From the IMG/VR virus record IMGVR_UViG_3300027265_000045, positions 1-59,436 of that record: a stretch of 59,436 nucleotides of DNA; one strand, 5' to 3'. How positions within the stretch are numbered: the first letter of the stretch is position 1; each line of letters opens with the position of its first letter. The notes under the pieces were generated by a model, which did no database searches, was not told where the DNA came from, and was given only the letters and a program-made list of their open reading frames with translations. The position numbers were made by a program, and so were the translations under genes. The stretch comes from a virus (taxonomy: Duplodnaviria > Caudoviricetes). Below, piece after piece: positions 57,675 to 59,436 of the stretch.

Positions 57675-57845
57675 AAAAGGAGCCCGTCTTCCACCGGGCT
57701 CCCGGCCACTAGTACCGGCCTTTCGGCCTGCCTGCAATACATGGTGTGACTTAACGCTTCAAAGGTTCGGAACGGCCAGTTCCTACGTCCAGTTGTGTCC
57801 GGGTTTTCCTCACACTCAACCCGGTCGAATCCTCAGCTTGCAGGC
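57675..57845 (-). ncRNA. Candidate structured RNA or attenuator
   Basis: GC-rich intergenic region with a closing stem, two internal hairpins, a GNRA hairpin and a terminator-like stem plus U-run. Confidence 0.45.
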
Positions 57846-57862
57846 TTCATCTTTGGTTGGAA

Positions 57863-58270
57863 TCAGGTTTGTATTTTAAATTGCTTGCGGATGCGGATGC
57901 ACATCCAAATGATATCGTTAAGCTGCTCTTTCGACTTGAAATGAAAAGGATGGTTTTTGCCTGGTATAATAGCGCGTAGGTGTGCCTCGAGATCGAGTAT
58001 TGAATTGGATAACTGTAGCAACGATTGTGTATGTTCAGCGCGAACAAATTGATTAAGTATGCAGAAAGCTGCATCGCGCTTTATGGTGTTGTATGTTGGA
58101 CCCAATACTGTGGCATTGGTAGTATACTCAACATACTTTTTGACTGATAAAAGCAGATTGGCGTAAAGCTGCGATTCGCAGTACTTGCCAGCCGATACGC
58201 GCGACCAGAAAAACTGATCAGTGTCGGTTTTAAACCCATAACCTTCGGGATGAATGTGGTATGCCAGCAT
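57863..58270 (-). CDS. Hypothetical protein
   Basis: Operon-oriented ORF. Confidence 0.55.
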   Translation of the reverse strand: MLAYHIHPEGYGFKTDTDQFFWSRVSAGKYCESQLYANLLLSVKKYVEYTTNATVLGPTYNTIKRDAAFCILNQFVRAEHTQSLLQLSNSILDLEAHLRAIIPGKNHPFHFKSKEQLNDIIWMCIRIRKQFKIQT

Positions 58271-58281
58271 ATTAGTATGTA

Positions 58282-58476
58282 TTATTGGTTGTTAATAATT
58301 ACCTCACGAGTATGGTTTACAAGTATTTCGAGCTGTGTTATTTCGGCTTTTATAGCAATAAGGCGGGTAGTATCGTTTTCGAAAGGAATGCTTATTTTCA
58401 GTGATAGGATTAAGGCTTCGTAAGCATGAAGCGTTAACTCTTGAAGTGGCAGACTGCTGATGATAAGATCCGTCAT
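58282..58476 (-). CDS. Small hypothetical protein
   Basis: ATGA overlap with the upstream gene. Confidence 0.5.
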   Translation of the reverse strand: MTDLIISSLPLQELTLHAYEALILSLKISIPFENDTTRLIAIKAEITQLEILVNHTREVIINNQ

Positions 58477-58658
58477 ATGAGTTCGGTATAATTTATCACG
58501 TAATCAGTTTCGGGAAAGGATTTCATTGTATTCCGAAGCTGGTCTTCAGCATCCTTATCGTTTCGGGCCAGGAATGGGGCATCCTTTTCGTATGGAGTGC
58601 CATTAACGGTTACAGTGTAGTGTACACGGTAACGTTGCTTTGGTTGTGGTTTTTTCAT
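58473..58658 (-). CDS. Small hypothetical protein
   Basis: Operon-oriented ORF. Confidence 0.55.
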   Translation of the reverse strand: MKKPQPKQRYRVHYTVTVNGTPYEKDAPFLARNDKDAEDQLRNTMKSFPETDYVINYTELI

Positions 58659-58687
58659 AGAGTTCGATTTTGAGAGTGAAGACGCGG

Positions 58688-59227
58688 TTAAATGCCTTTA
58701 TTATAGGCCCAAAGGGCAATTTCAATACGGTTATTAACACAAAGCTTTTCGCGGATACGTGCCAGGTATGTACGCACGGTACAAACTTCGATATGCATGA
58801 TGTCAGCTATTTCAATATCTTGCTTGCCACGCGAAAGGAGGCAAATTACCTGGTACTCGCAGGAAGTGATATGTCCGTTAACAGCTTCAGGAATTTTGCA
58901 CACAATATTGAATCCCTTGCATGTAGCAATATGTTTGCAGCAAGGCGCATCCGGAACTGCTTTATTTCCTGAGATATCGGGAGTCGAATCAAGCGCGCCA
59001 TACCTGCATTTTACAAAGCAGAGTTCCACCAGGTCGGTATCTAGAATTTTAAACTCGTTACGGATAAAATTCAGAGCAGCTTTATCCGCAATTAATTCAG
59101 CCTGGAAAGGTTCGCGCAAAGCTGATGGCAATTCGAGATAATCCATACGATTACCGTTAACCAGGGCGCGGCAATTAGAGCCGTCGAAATAAATTTCAAT
59201 TGATCCTTCTAATCCGGCCGGGAGCAT
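58688..59227 (-). CDS. LuxR-type HTH regulator with a Cys-rich N-domain
   Basis: ITSCEYQVICLLSRGKQDIEIADIMHIEVCTVRTYLARIREKL. Confidence 0.85.
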   Translation of the reverse strand: MLPAGLEGSIEIYFDGSNCRALVNGNRMDYLELPSALREPFQAELIADKAALNFIRNEFKILDTDLVELCFVKCRYGALDSTPDISGNKAVPDAPCCKHIATCKGFNIVCKIPEAVNGHITSCEYQVICLLSRGKQDIEIADIMHIEVCTVRTYLARIREKLCVNNRIEIALWAYNKGI

Positions 59228-59436
59228 AAATTGTCTAATTTTTGTTTACGAGATAAATCCTGAGTTGCAATTTCTTCGGCCCATGCAATAGCGGAGTCTA
59301 ACACCACTTTTGATTCACGGGTACCATTCATTGTTTTGCTCACGGTGCTTTTGCTCATTCCCGATCGTGACATAAGTTCCTTAAGGAACCTGGTTGGCAA
59401 TTTTTTACGAAGCTTACGGAGTGATTTTCTGTCCAC
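59209..59436 (-). CDS. Cro-like HTH protein (start at the window edge)
   Basis: LKELMSRSGMSKSTVSKTMNG HTH. Confidence 0.65.
   Translation of the reverse strand: MDRKSLRKLRKKLPTRFLKELMSRSGMSKSTVSKTMNGTRESKVVLDSAIAWAEEIATQDLSRKQKLDNLCSRPD

Larger units (their letters stand above)
1..59436. mobile_element. Temperate siphovirus-like prophage (Bacteroidota-type); att sites and repressor not seen in window
   Basis: Integrase, lysis, tape measure, portal, terminase, capsid, primase and regulators in phage-like order, almost all on the minus strand. Confidence 0.93.

Noticed and set aside
57717-57837. Hammerhead ribozyme (CTGAGGA and GGCCGAAAGGCC on minus)
   Set aside because: The required order CUGANGA-stem II-GAAA-stem III-UH could not be assembled.
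1-59436. tRNA/rRNA genes and att sites
   Set aside because: No cloverleaf or rRNA-like sequence recognised; the window starts and ends at gene boundaries, so att sites and the repressor are probably outside.

Overview
The window is almost entirely one temperate tailed phage or prophage with Bacteroidota-like gene families and TAnnTTTG promoters. A tyrosine integrase lies on + at the left end and nearly every other gene is on the minus strand. From right to left: Cro/LuxR regulators, four tandem DNA methyltransferases, a primase-helicase, a diversity-generating retroelement (DGR), a radical SAM enzyme, a PAPS-reductase-family gene, an iteron-rich putative origin, head genes, four glycosyltransferases, terminase, an accessory block, portal, tail and lysis genes. 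Three cargo systems stand out. (1) An array-less type IV-B-like CRISPR effector operon (csf1-cas11-csf2-cysH-csf3-HTH, 22185-25840). It carries the same YGTCCTTT-N20-TWnnWTnG motif found before the head, portal, tail and lysis genes, which suggests late expression. (2) A DGR whose 81-bp template (44850-44930) matches two small tandem non-tail genes, with 16 and 15 mismatches, all at template adenines. No avd gene is recognisable, and a small gene is coupled to the RT. (3) A four-glycosyltransferase cassette inside the head operon. All protein calls come from motif recognition by eye; no database searches were run.
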